Shown here one piece after another: positions 53,219 to 64,000 of a stretch of DNA of 64,000 nucleotides. Position 1 is the stretch's first letter. Every line of letters begins with the position of its first letter. The notes under the pieces are model-generated. The model worked only from the letters and a program-made list of their open reading frames with translations. It made no database searches and was not told the origin of the DNA. Origin of the DNA: Vezdaea acicularis (Eukaryota); assembly GCA_026025075.1 (NCBI GenBank), contig JAPEUI010000041.1:1-64000 (forward strand), in the 5' to 3' direction. A program made the translations under genes and the position numbers.

Positions 53219-55657
53219 TCATCGCGTGATGATGAGCGAGAAGCCGTCGACCCACTGGCCACAGGAGCCAGCGATGCCGGCAATGGTGTAGCCGCGGGGA
53301 GGAATTAATGTATGCCTAATATCTCTCGTTAGCTGATAGGCCCTCAACATTGGGTGCATAAGAAGTGTAATACCCCGAACCACCTGTGGCGTTCCCGAAA
53401 ACGCCCGACCTCCTCCCTGTACTCGTCAGAATCTCGACGCCATCAATCCAGAGCCCTGCTCTGAGATAAAAGCCCATCAGCGTCTCGCCTCTCCGCGTGT
53501 CCAGACTAAAGATGCTCGGCTTGCCGCCCCTCTTCCCAAACAGCTGTGTCGTGCGGTCCTCGTACATGAACTCAATCCCATCAAGCGCAAAACCATGAAA
53601 GACTTTGATCTGCAGCATCAGCTTCGTCTGGTGTACCACGTTCTCCAGGATGAGGTCTTGCGCTTGGCTGCCTTCGGTCTGGGAGAAGCCGAGTTTGCTG
53701 CCGCGGAAGCCAGCGCGGCCGTTCGGGAGCTTCATCAGGGCGGACTTCGATGCGAGGGCGCTGAAGTCTTCGACTGTGTGCTTGCCCTGGCCAGCGGCGA
53801 ATATGTCGAGCTTAATCCGTTTCTTTTGGCGGTCTGCTGGCAGGCGGCTCCGGAGGTCCGCTTCTGTCAGCATTACCTGTTGAAGGGGTCCGCCGCTGCC
53901 ATTTCCGTCAATGTACTCGATGTGGGTTCGACAGAGGTCGTCGCCCTCGCTAAATATTTCGATGAACGCTATTCCCGTCGTAGCTGTGACCATCACATTC
54001 CCGCTCTCGACTGCCCATACCTGGACACTGCCGTCAGAGCTTAGTACGGGGTCCGTCGGGATCTTGAAGCATGGATGATATCGGAATCGAAGGCAATCAA
54101 GCCTATGCCATGCACACTCGTCTTTTGGAAGACACAAGCGCTGCCCTGGAGACTTGGTCCGTGTCGAGAAAGGTTCTCTGCAGAGGAAGGTCCTGTTGAG
54201 TCTCACATAGTCCCTCAACATGATTCCGGACTCCTGATGGGGACTTCCAAATAGATGGCCAACTTCATGCAGGAACGCGCCGATCCCTATATTTGCCGCC
54301 TCCCAGTTGCTGCCGGACTCGTTGCAGTCATTCACAACATAGTTCGTATCTGTTCTTGTGCAGTCGGAAAAGGCCGAGACTACATCTTCTAAGCATGCAG
54401 GAAAGCTTTGTAGAGCATGAGAGCCGAAGATAGCGAGCTGGATGTTTCCATCTCCACCGCCCAAGGCGGCATGGCCCCTGACAACTCCTTTCTTCTTGTC
54501 CCAAGTAGTATCCATAAACAAGCACGCAACATACTGCTTCTGGTTCGGCGTAGGGTTGAAGTATCTTCGGACAGCTTCCATAGCGATCGAGAAAAGCTCT
54601 CCCTTCTTCCCGGCCGGTTCGTATTGCTGCGCAATCTCTAGATCCCGAATCTCTGCAACGGTCTTGTCACTTCTCACGACATGGATCCTAGCTTCATTCC
54701 TCATCTGCCCGCTATCACGGTCTCTTGAGCTGAGCGTACCGGGCTGCCACTCTTCTTCAAAGCGGAAACACCGTCTGCCAAACATGTTCCTATACATCTG
54801 CTCTCCCGTGAAGCTTTGCCATAGATATGCCGCAGTGCGGAACTTCCGGATCGCCGTGTCCAAACCGTTCCCCTCACGTTGGATTCGCTCGGGCACCGCA
54901 TCAAAAGTAGCAGGGGAGTCTTTTCCGAGTAAAATCACAAGTTGTAGGGGAGGTGCAGAGTCCAGTGGAAGATAGTTGACATTCAAGAAGGAGGCGTGCA
55001 TTGAGTTGGGTGTGGGGTGTGAAGGTCGCTTTGTCGATGTGAAATCAAAACGTAGCCGGTTTGGGCCAGGCGTCAGATGGACTAAAGCCTTGAAATGTGA
55101 ATCGCACACCGGCCAGCTAATAGAAGGGAAACCATCCTGGTGGTGATTGACGCTGACGCTTCCGTCAATTGCTTGTTGCGCTGGATCCCCAATTTGTCCA
55201 TATACTAAAAGCACTTTTTGGTGCACCTATGAGGAAAGACATATTTTAGCAAAGAAGGGCGCCGGAAAGTATCAATACTAAGATCACATACCCACGAATT
55301 GTCTGTTACAGACAATATTTGAGGGGCGTAAGGAGACGTCGGAGGGGGCGCCTTCATCGGTCCATTGGCTGATCCGAGTCCCATGATACTATATCTGCTC
55401 TGAGCTGACCCTGCAGAAGGCCTCTTGGGCAGATCCGGTGCCAGCCCATTCGGCGTTAACAGATTCGGAGAGGATGAATGAGGTTGAAGAGTTGAGGGAG
55501 GTGTTGTCGAGCCATAATATGAGCTCAGCGTGGAGGTTGACTGCGCTGTGGGCACCGTTGAAATGGTTGAGTTTGAGTTGGACGAAGACTTGTCGGTGCT
55601 CCGGAAGCTTGCGCGTGATCGACGCCTGAGGTCCTTCAGGTCCTTGAAGAAGGGCAT
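53219..55657 (-). CDS. Putative zinc metallopeptidase (YIL108W-like) with C-terminal jacalin-like domain, 3 exons
   Basis: HEXXH motif FLHEVGHLFGSPH, GHAALGGG, IMLRDY; C-terminal G..LDGIEF / G.WIDG repeats; introns 55291-55227 and ~53372-53316; last exon HTLIPPRGY..WVDGFSLIITR*. Confidence 0.9.
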
Positions 55658-57292
55658 GATACAGCCGCGTACAAAGTTCAAAAGATCTAAAACCGCGGCG
55701 CAATACTAAACCGTTTTTCGTACGTCTGCTGTACGTCTGCTGTGATGCAGCTAATAGCTCGAGGTGTATGGTGGTCGTACGCACAACCCCCAATGCAACG
55801 TCAGTCAAGTGAATACGAGGAGTTAAAGGTCTTATCCAATGCTACCAGCGACGACAAAGAATCCGAATTGCAAAACGAAGGGCTAAGCTTCGAAGGAAGC
55901 CAAAAATGACAGTTGGTGACGGCTTATCGTCGTTGCAGATCTGGCGGTGGTGATGCCGGGAAGCTTTTCTGGGCCACGCTTGGAGCACGGGCTGAACGTG
56001 CGCCTGCAATTTCTAGGGTGCGGTGAAGAGAGCGTTGAGTGGTGTTCGGCGCAGGTTAGCAGAGACAACGACGGCGCTGGTTGGCAGAGATAGCACTTAG
56101 GTGCATTAGAATCCGCCCGACTATCGAACGGTATCGCTACAAAGGGAAAATGGCTGGTCTCCCTAGCAGGAATCCTGGCGTGGAGGAGGAAGTTTCGTGT
56201 TCAAGCCGCCGTTCTGTATCCCTGTTTCAATCGAATGTCGCTCGGCGTCCGTCGGTGGGTAATAGGTCTTCCGAGGACTGCGTCACCACATCACAATAAG
56301 GGACAACGAAGCTGTTGATCGCAGAGATTGAGCAAAAAGTTGAGAGGGAAAGCGTGGAGAAGAAGAAAATAGCCCGAGGTCGGACGGTGGTCAGTGTTTC
56401 CTGCCCACAATCGTCTTCTCGACAGGTCTCTTGTGCCCGAGTCAGCGCCAAGGAAAGACGAGCGCTGCAAAAGTCAAGCTCATGTCTGAGCAGGAGAACA
56501 GCGGGTCAAGAACATCATTGCCTAATTTAAGCTACACGGTCTGTCCCGGCCAACCTTTCTCCCAGATCTCACAGGGAAGAGGGAGCCGGTGGAAGATAAT
56601 GGCTTTTCGGTCTGTAGACTGTAGATCCGCATTGAGTCGTCACAAATGCCATGCCTCGACTTACTCAATGACCGAGTACCAGTACAACTGCATTCATGAT
56701 CACCCCGTGTGCAAAAGCAACGATCAAATGCCGCCCAGCTGCTCATTCCTTACCGGCTGTTCCATGCTACTCCCCCTTCGTTCCCTCCGTTCCATCGGTT
56801 GCGCATCGCTCGCGTCGCTCCGGCACCAGTCGTAGGGCTTCGCTTGAGATCCGGCGCTGCTGAACAGCAGCGCCAACCTCCTCTGGGGCAGGATTCCTTG
56901 GTCCACTTCCAGCCCGTGCCATGCAACCACTTTAACTACCTCCTCTCGTCGCTCCGACGACAACTGCTTCTACCTCTCCGTCCTCCTCTTCTCGAGCTCT
57001 GTCCGTAGAAACACCTCAGTAGAAGATCAGGGCACTGCTCAACATGCTGGTTCTGTCAAGAACACGGAGCGTCTGAGGCGTGTTACTCGATCCAACTAGG
57101 CTGCGCTTTGGTGGCCTTCGACAACCGACCATTTCTCTAACCGCCCACAATCCCAGTCAGCTCCGACGAGTCCCCGCCTTCCAGACGCCATCCCTGAGCC
57201 TGAAAGTTCAGGAATCGATTTCATATCATATTCCAATATCCTTACAAGGGGGAATCGAATTGAGCATTGTGAATATTCAACGGCCAACTGCA

Positions 57293-58550
57293 ATGGGTTC
57301 GCTGCTGGAGATGGACCAGCCCGGGATAGCCGACAAGATCATACGCAGGGCGGAGGTTGCAAAGGTAGATACTCCTCTTATCTCACACTTCTCTAGCAAA
57401 CCCTTGGGTTTCAGATTGTTGGCCTTACGAACGTGTGATCTGACATGTCTCCCCGCAGAGAGCCCGCCTTCTCGTCGATCGTCTTGGTCTCGCCAGCTTC
57501 AAGACAAAGCATGGCTTAGAACATCTGTCGTTCGATGTGATAGAGCCACGCATAGACCAAAAGTTGCAACAAATGAAGCGTAGCCGTCCAAATTCTAGAG
57601 GAGAGGTTTTCTCAGATACATCGTCAAGCATGTCCGATACTCAATTTCCTGCTGAGATGGTTGCCTCGTCCCCTCTTGGGGCTCCCATATTCTCAGACGA
57701 AGCGTTGGACGCTGGGAGCCGAAGCAGTTTCCGGAAGAGGCCTATTACTCAGCCCAACTTCGAATCTTCAGACCCTACTTTAGGTCCGAGAAAACGGCCA
57801 CGGTCAATGTCTTCGGCTCTTCATTCTTCCCGTATACCCCAAAATTCCTGGCGTGAAAGGAGACCACACACACAATCCTCGCCCGTTTACCATCGGCATA
57901 ATTCACGCTTTCCTGTTTCTCATGGAGCGAATCTCTCTTTCGTCTCCGAGACCACTACTATTCCCGATCATCATTCACCACCACATTTCGGCTCAGGCTC
58001 TGACAACGATGACAACGATCTTCCTATGCACTCCTTCCAAGTCTCATCTCAGATCCGGTCCTCCCCACCTCGAACACCACCACCTAGCCGTCGTGGACCT
58101 AAGTCTATCTTCCGGAAACCTTCCCTCCGTTCTCCTATACTCTCGAAGAGCACCCCAAAACCTGGCGAAGAAGCAGCCGATCTTCTAATGCTAATCGCTA
58201 CCTCTCCCTCACCAGCAACCCCAACGACAAAGCGAGGCAATCTGACGCCACTTCAAAAGTTCGACGGCCACTTTGGGGATCCCAAGACACCCGGGTCTGC
58301 ATTCAACTATTACGACTTTGTGAACTTTACGCCAAGCCCGTCACAACATCCCGACTTTTGGAGGACGCCGGGAAGAACGCCGGGAATGCCCGGAAGTGCA
58401 AAGACCCCCGGAGCGATGAGAGAAGCGAGGAGAAAACTTAATTTTGATTCGTTAGCCCCTCCCACGGGCGGTAGTCCAGAGCTCAGCAGACTGGGTGGAG
58501 CGACCCCGAAGGGGCTCGGGATGGAGCTGGGCGGTGAGCTGGTCTCCTAA
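57293..58550 (+). CDS. Whi5/Nrm1/Stb1-like G1/S transcriptional co-regulator, 2 exons
   Basis: MGSLL..RRAEVAK|RARLLVDRLGLASFKTKHG (Whi5-type L..RL.LA.FK motif); intron 57364-57458; many S/T-P sites; EEAADLLMLIATSP helix. Confidence 0.65.
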
Positions 58551-60472
58551 GTCGCACATCAAAGGAAGAAGAATAAATATCGAGCTTCCCCGGTGGTCAT
58601 ATGGGGGACTCTTACACCAACAACGGTTGAAAGGGCCTTTACGCTACGTCATGATTTGATCTACGACCCGATAGATTTGCAGCTGCGCCTGCACGAAATA
58701 ATGGACAAACGGCTTTTTACGACTATCGTCCTCGGGTTCTCCGATACCCTCGCATCCTTTCCATAGAAGTGAAGAATTTCTTTCGCTGGAACTTGGATAT
58801 ATCGCGGGAACATGCTAACCCACAGCGGGGTAACATGACACAATACATACGCTGCACACTCATTTCTCAATGTCTTCTGACAAAGGCGAAACCTATATTT
58901 CCTTTTTTGTTTTTGGGTCGAAATGTCTCTAGCTGGCGTAGGATCATCGTAATAGTAGCAATAGCAATGCATCTTAACCCAAACCTCCTCGTCCCTGTTG
59001 CCTGGACTGCGTTCCTCTCGTGTCGCTCGCTTGGGGAAGACGCGCCTGTGCAAGTTTTTTGACGCGTTCTTTCGCGTGGTGCGCTAGCACTAAACCGGAT
59101 TAGCGCGATTTGCACTGTGCGGAAGGGTTGCGAGTTTGAGCTCCGCAAGGATGATGGTGTATGGACTTAATCATTGTCAAGATGGATAATTTCGAATTCA
59201 ACACGTCTGATGGAATAATGCAGATTCATGAATTTTTTTTTAGGTCTTATTAATGCGGTATCTATCCAGAAGTGGCCGGACGTTTTACAGCATTGCCGAT
59301 CGGATTAGATCTGAGTGATTTGGAGCGATAGTGCCATGGAGGTCTTCCAGTTTTGGAACAGTACTTTATACCACGGGTGATACCTGAGGTAATATTCAAA
59401 GCGGAGTCGGCTGCGATCTCATGTCATGATATGAAGTATGGGCGATCATATCTCTCTTTGGGCAAGAGCGGCGTGAGTGCAACATATATTTAGTCAGAGG
59501 CCAGAAAACAGGGGATTCTTGCTTCAGTGGACCAGAAAATCCGTCGATTGGGGGCCTTGGCAAATTTCACGATCTTCCTGCGCGCTTGGAGATTTGGGAT
59601 GGCGAGTTGTCGGTCGCGGTTTTGGCGCGCATTCTGTTAAATGCTCTTGTTCTCATGTCAGTGGTATTGATGATACATGCATATATTGGTTTCGATCTAC
59701 ATTTCGATCTACGTTTCTTTACTTCTCTCTCACTTGCTTATGGCACAATGAATATCATAATTCATTCCTCTCCCATTTGGCAACCGCCAGTCTACCTATG
59801 CTTCTATGAAAGGAGGGGATAAGAGCCTGAGCTCTGATCGGGTGGAGAACCATGGGATAAAGTAATTGAAGCTGTACGCTTCAGATAGAGGCGGGAGATA
59901 CCCCCGTTATGGCTGGACCCGGAATCCTTTGCGGACGACTGTATTGCTATTTTTCTTATGAGCTGTGTATTGGATTGCCTTTTCATTCTCTTAATGAGAA
60001 AATGGATACCTTCTTGCAACTTTGACGGATTTGAAGATTTATTGGCGCTTCGCTCGCGAAGGTTCCTTTCACATCACTTTCCAGCTCAGATATATGAACT
60101 AAATCTTAGAGCTACGCGTCTATATACGCAGTTCCTATATCTCTCATCTCAACATTTGCTCCAATGTTAAGCAGAAGTATGATATGCAACTACACATATA
60201 ATTGGAATCCAGGTGAAACGATTGCTTAGCCAGTCCTGGGTTGGAGTTGTTCCATTCAAGTGAGTTATTCCTCGATTTTTATCACCTTGCGGCGTCTTGC
60301 AAGATATGGGTATAGCTTGACTCTGGTGCAAGCTCAATTAAAATTGGCCGCGCAAGCATACCAAATGAAACATCCCTAAAGTTGCGTTTTACGGGTAGCT
60401 GGAGTCCCCTGTTCACTTCCGGCGGCTGCACGGGAACAGTGGTCACCACTTTACTTCAGAATATCATCAGTA

Positions 60473-61679
60473 ATGGGTCTCTCAGATTTCAACCTTTCTG
60501 CTAACGATGATACACAACTCAGCTAGGTTCTGGGCAGTATTCCCTGCAACGTATGCCAACCTAACGTCCATATGACCCTGCGGCCACCCCGTCGTTCATA
60601 TCCTCGCTGCCAATTCTCCCACCAACACCATCTCAAGACAGTCACCAGCCCTCTCAATCTCCTGTCTCCACCTTCACGCAATCCACGCAGGTGCAACCTC
60701 ATGGGGTCTCAAAGTCACTCTTTGATCCACATTTTCCTTATCGACGAGGGTGCCATCAGCGCCACCCCAAGAAAACCCCTTGTTAACTGGCCTGTTTCAG
60801 TTAACATTGCACGATACGGACGTGTCACTGCTGATACACGGATTCTGGGAAATCCTGCTTCAGAAGCAGGAGATGGTTCAACCTCGGCACCAACGGTACC
60901 ACATCCATAATCAACGGGAACTTCCACATCAACATTCACGTTGAAACATTGCAGCATTATACAAGAGTTTCGCTTCTTCAAGTATTGCACTGGTAGCTGA
61001 CTCTTCATCACCGCATTTGCTACCTTCAAGGACCGCTACATAAATTCGGCAGACTCTTGTATAATCTCTCTTCGGCCGCCCTCATCGGTAACATGGATAG
61101 ATGACCTCAAGCTCCCTATCAAGAGGCCTGGCAATACGTCGGCAGCATACTTCGTATCCTCTGCAGTCATAATCCTCACCATTGCATCTAAAAAGACGGA
61201 AACCGCTGTGGTTATCGATATTTTTTCGAAGTGGGTTGAAACTACCTTAGCACTTCGCACCATCCATGCAACCCCAAGACGCAAGACTGATTTCCGACGT
61301 CGAACTTGCCAGCAAGCTCCACTGGCTCCTTAGCCTTCTTCTATCGGGTCCCTCGCATTCGGTGTGAGTTTGTGTGTTATGATTTACACTCGCGTATCAA
61401 GCCCTTTATTGGAGTCCTTTGTTATCAAACTTTAAGAATTACTGAGGCGGTGTGTGGAGTGCGAAGCTCATACGTAGTGAGAAGCCTTCACTGATGGCGA
61501 GCCTCCTGGCCCTTCGAGCCATTTCGGATCGGTTCGTGGAAACCTTTGGTCAGCCCTTTACAGAGAAGGCAGTAGAAGGGGCTCGATCGATTATGGAACA
61601 AAGAACGAAGCATCCTGAAACACCAAACTTTTGCTTTGGGGCATCTGAGTGGTCTTCAATCGGTCCGCATATAAGGTGA
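60473..61679 (+). pseudogene. Probable decayed protein-coding gene
   Basis: Protein-like segments in shifting frames separated by stops (APYQEAWQYVGSILRIL; LISDVELASKLHWLLSLLL; GTGAGT..TAG intron; SLMASLLALRAISDRFVETFG); no intact model found. Confidence 0.3.
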
Positions 61680-62363
61680 GATACAGGAGCTTGTACCTAA
61701 TACTTTAGGGGCAGACGAATGTCCTCTCCAATATCCCCCCCTGAACTCTGGACCCGTACCTTCAGGTTCAGGCTTAGACTGAAGCAAGCGAAGATATTGC
61801 TTTATATATTACAAGCTCACGATGCAGGACTCAGCCCCATCAACACTTTTTTTCCTCCTGGTCATCTTCCGGGTTGCTCCTGACCTTCGAAAGCATGTGG
61901 TGCCCGGAGTGTTCTCAGCCCCTATTTAGTCACACCAGCACATAACACAACTGGCAGCATCATGTTTACATTATCCTTGAACTCTCTCGTGTTCGAGATC
62001 CCCCGAACGACGCCTGTAACACCAACACCTGTGGTGTGTACAACACGCTTGCCCTGCCCTGTGTTTAGATGCCCTATAAAACAAACCAGGTCAAGACCCT
62101 TTTCCTTTCTATCTTCCTAAATACCCCTCTAGAGTCTTACCCCCACCCCAACCACCCAACACAAGACACCAACACGCGAACACCATCTGCAATACCCCCC
62201 ACCTGCGCCCACCCAGCCCCATAAGAAGCCATCCCCCAGCACGACCATATACCCCCTCTCTAAATTCACCTTTCCCCGGAGGCTTATCTCTACATTCGCT
62301 ACTCCCACAACTGCTGGCCCTCTTCCTAACGATACAAACCTATCTTCAGATTCAGCTTCAGCA

Positions 62364-64000
62364 ATGGCTATTAGGTTATTCCATCTTAGACAAGATCATA
62401 CCGACTCAAGGGTAGCCTCCATAGTCCGTAATACCCCGCAAAGCAGTCACTAACACAGTAATAATAGTTCGAACTAGACGAGGACGAGGTTATCAAGCGT
62501 CTTCCAATTGTTAAAATTAAAGGGGTAAGTACCTCCCCCCCTTTCTCATATACTACTGCTAACACCTGCTTCAAGCCCCTGACCGGCGGACACAAAGCTC
62601 GACATGTCCATTATATCAGAACCTTCATTGACTGGGACTATGAAATATACCAACTCCTCTTACAAGATGGTCGTGAAGTTAAGGAAATTTACGTCACCGT
62701 CAAGCCGGATATAAACCCAGATACATTTCATCGCCGCATATGGCAAAAACATCAACTCTCTGGGTCATATGGGTTATGGCTACCTGGCCCATATGAGAAT
62801 TATATTTTCCGCCACGTAAGTCGAGCACTTGCCCCTTAGCTCATTACTGACACGATTGTAGCGAATGGAAAGACTGAGAGCCATACCTCATGCTCCATTG
62901 ATGAGTAAGGAGGTGGTTGAGTTTAATTTACAGAGGGATCCCAACGATTGGCCATTTGATTCAATTGCGGCATCGCCAATTGATCTCGCTCCAATCGATC
63001 CCATTTCCATTTTCAATCTCGAAGAAGGGAATTACCGAACGAACAACATTATCGTCAAGCTGCCACCTCAATCTCTATCTGAGGTCACCCCGCCCGCCGT
63101 GTCCGAGACTGAAATTAAACAAGAAGACACAGTTTCGGACGGTGAAAGCGCAACTGAGGCCACGGCAGAACGACTGCCATTGAGAGAAGTGGCACACAAC
63201 TCTCGTGTGAAACCAACCTTGCTCAAAGACAATGGTAGCGATCTGGAGAACAAGGAGAATGCTCCCGCGAAACGCCCATCTTCTAGTGCAATTAAAATCT
63301 TTGAGGACCCTGAAGTTAAGGATATTACAGAGCAGGAGCCGGTCAACAACCGTTATCGACCAGATAAACGCAAGCAGGCAGAGAAGGCCGCTAAGAGGGC
63401 GGAAGAGAAAAGGTGCAAAAATGCTGAGAAGAAATCAGCCAAGGAGGCAGAAAGAGCGGAAAAAGCGGCTAGGCAGAAGGCTGAAAAGGAGGCTGCTGTC
63501 GACAAGAGTAGCGAGGTTGTTGCAGCTCAGCCCATGCGCGAAGACAGCGCCTCTAAGCATGCCTCCAGAGTCCAGGGCGCTGACTGCACATCATCCGCAC
63601 TTACCACGGTACTCGCAGATGTGGATGACGAATCAGCTCTCAAGGACCAATCCCGGGAGAGCTATCCGCTTTTGAAGCATTTGAGATCCTACCCTGTGCT
63701 GGAATCAGCCGTCGACAGATACGACCATGCCCTGGCCGAAAAGAGGGTTCATCCAGATGCAACTGATCCAGCATATCAATGTACCATACAACATGCTGGC
63801 GAGATTTTGATGAAGCGACTTCGCACATATCTTGAAGAGATCAAGAACCTCTATGCGGATATATCACTGCCGCAGCTTGAATCATCTTGGGAGTGCTTAG
63901 GGGAGATTCGCAAGCGTCTCCAAATTGTCGATAAGAAGGCCCTTACGGTGGTCGAGAAGAGCAAGGACATCCAGACCCTAGTGGATGATGGGGCTGTAAC
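62364..64000 (+). CDS. Orphan protein (partial, runs off window) with clustered APC/C degron-like motifs and a charged helix
   Basis: Exons 62364-62411 (or -62423), 62468-62524, 62576-62815, 62862->64000; all junctions phase 0 with CTAAC/CTGAC branch sites; last exon open for ~379 codons; TATAAAA at ~62075; missing from the ORF track because there is no stop in the window. Confidence 0.8.

Overview
Gene-dense, intron-rich nuclear DNA of a filamentous ascomycete (Pezizomycotina-like GT..CTAAC..YAG introns). About 1-40 kb is a run of mostly conserved housekeeping genes, many in head-to-head pairs: UNC-50/GMH1 (truncated), an Rsc58-like protein, a PPR-like mitochondrial protein, MRX7, eIF3k, GRC3, RPA34, SHMT, MED9, iPGM, TSR4, PFD6, VPS4, a LACTB2-like hydrolase, HNT1, CSR1, DAM1, UBP8, JID1, an LRR protein and an OSBP protein. 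A GC-rich, microsatellite-rich ~5.6 kb gene-free tract precedes a Grainyhead/CP2 transcription factor. The remainder holds an orphan gene with a GC-AG intron, a zinc metallopeptidase, a Whi5/Stb1-like protein, decayed ORF remnants, and an orphan gene running off the window end. The most notable signals absent from the ORF track are: (1) a dual-guide box C/D snoRNA in eIF3k intron 1; (2) a D-box-like + KEN + ABBA APC/C degron cassette in the terminal orphan gene; (3) a 4-nt micro-exon in UNC-50. No tRNA, rRNA, CRISPR array or intact transposon was recognised. Gene models were assembled by eye and family calls come from remembered motifs, not database searches.
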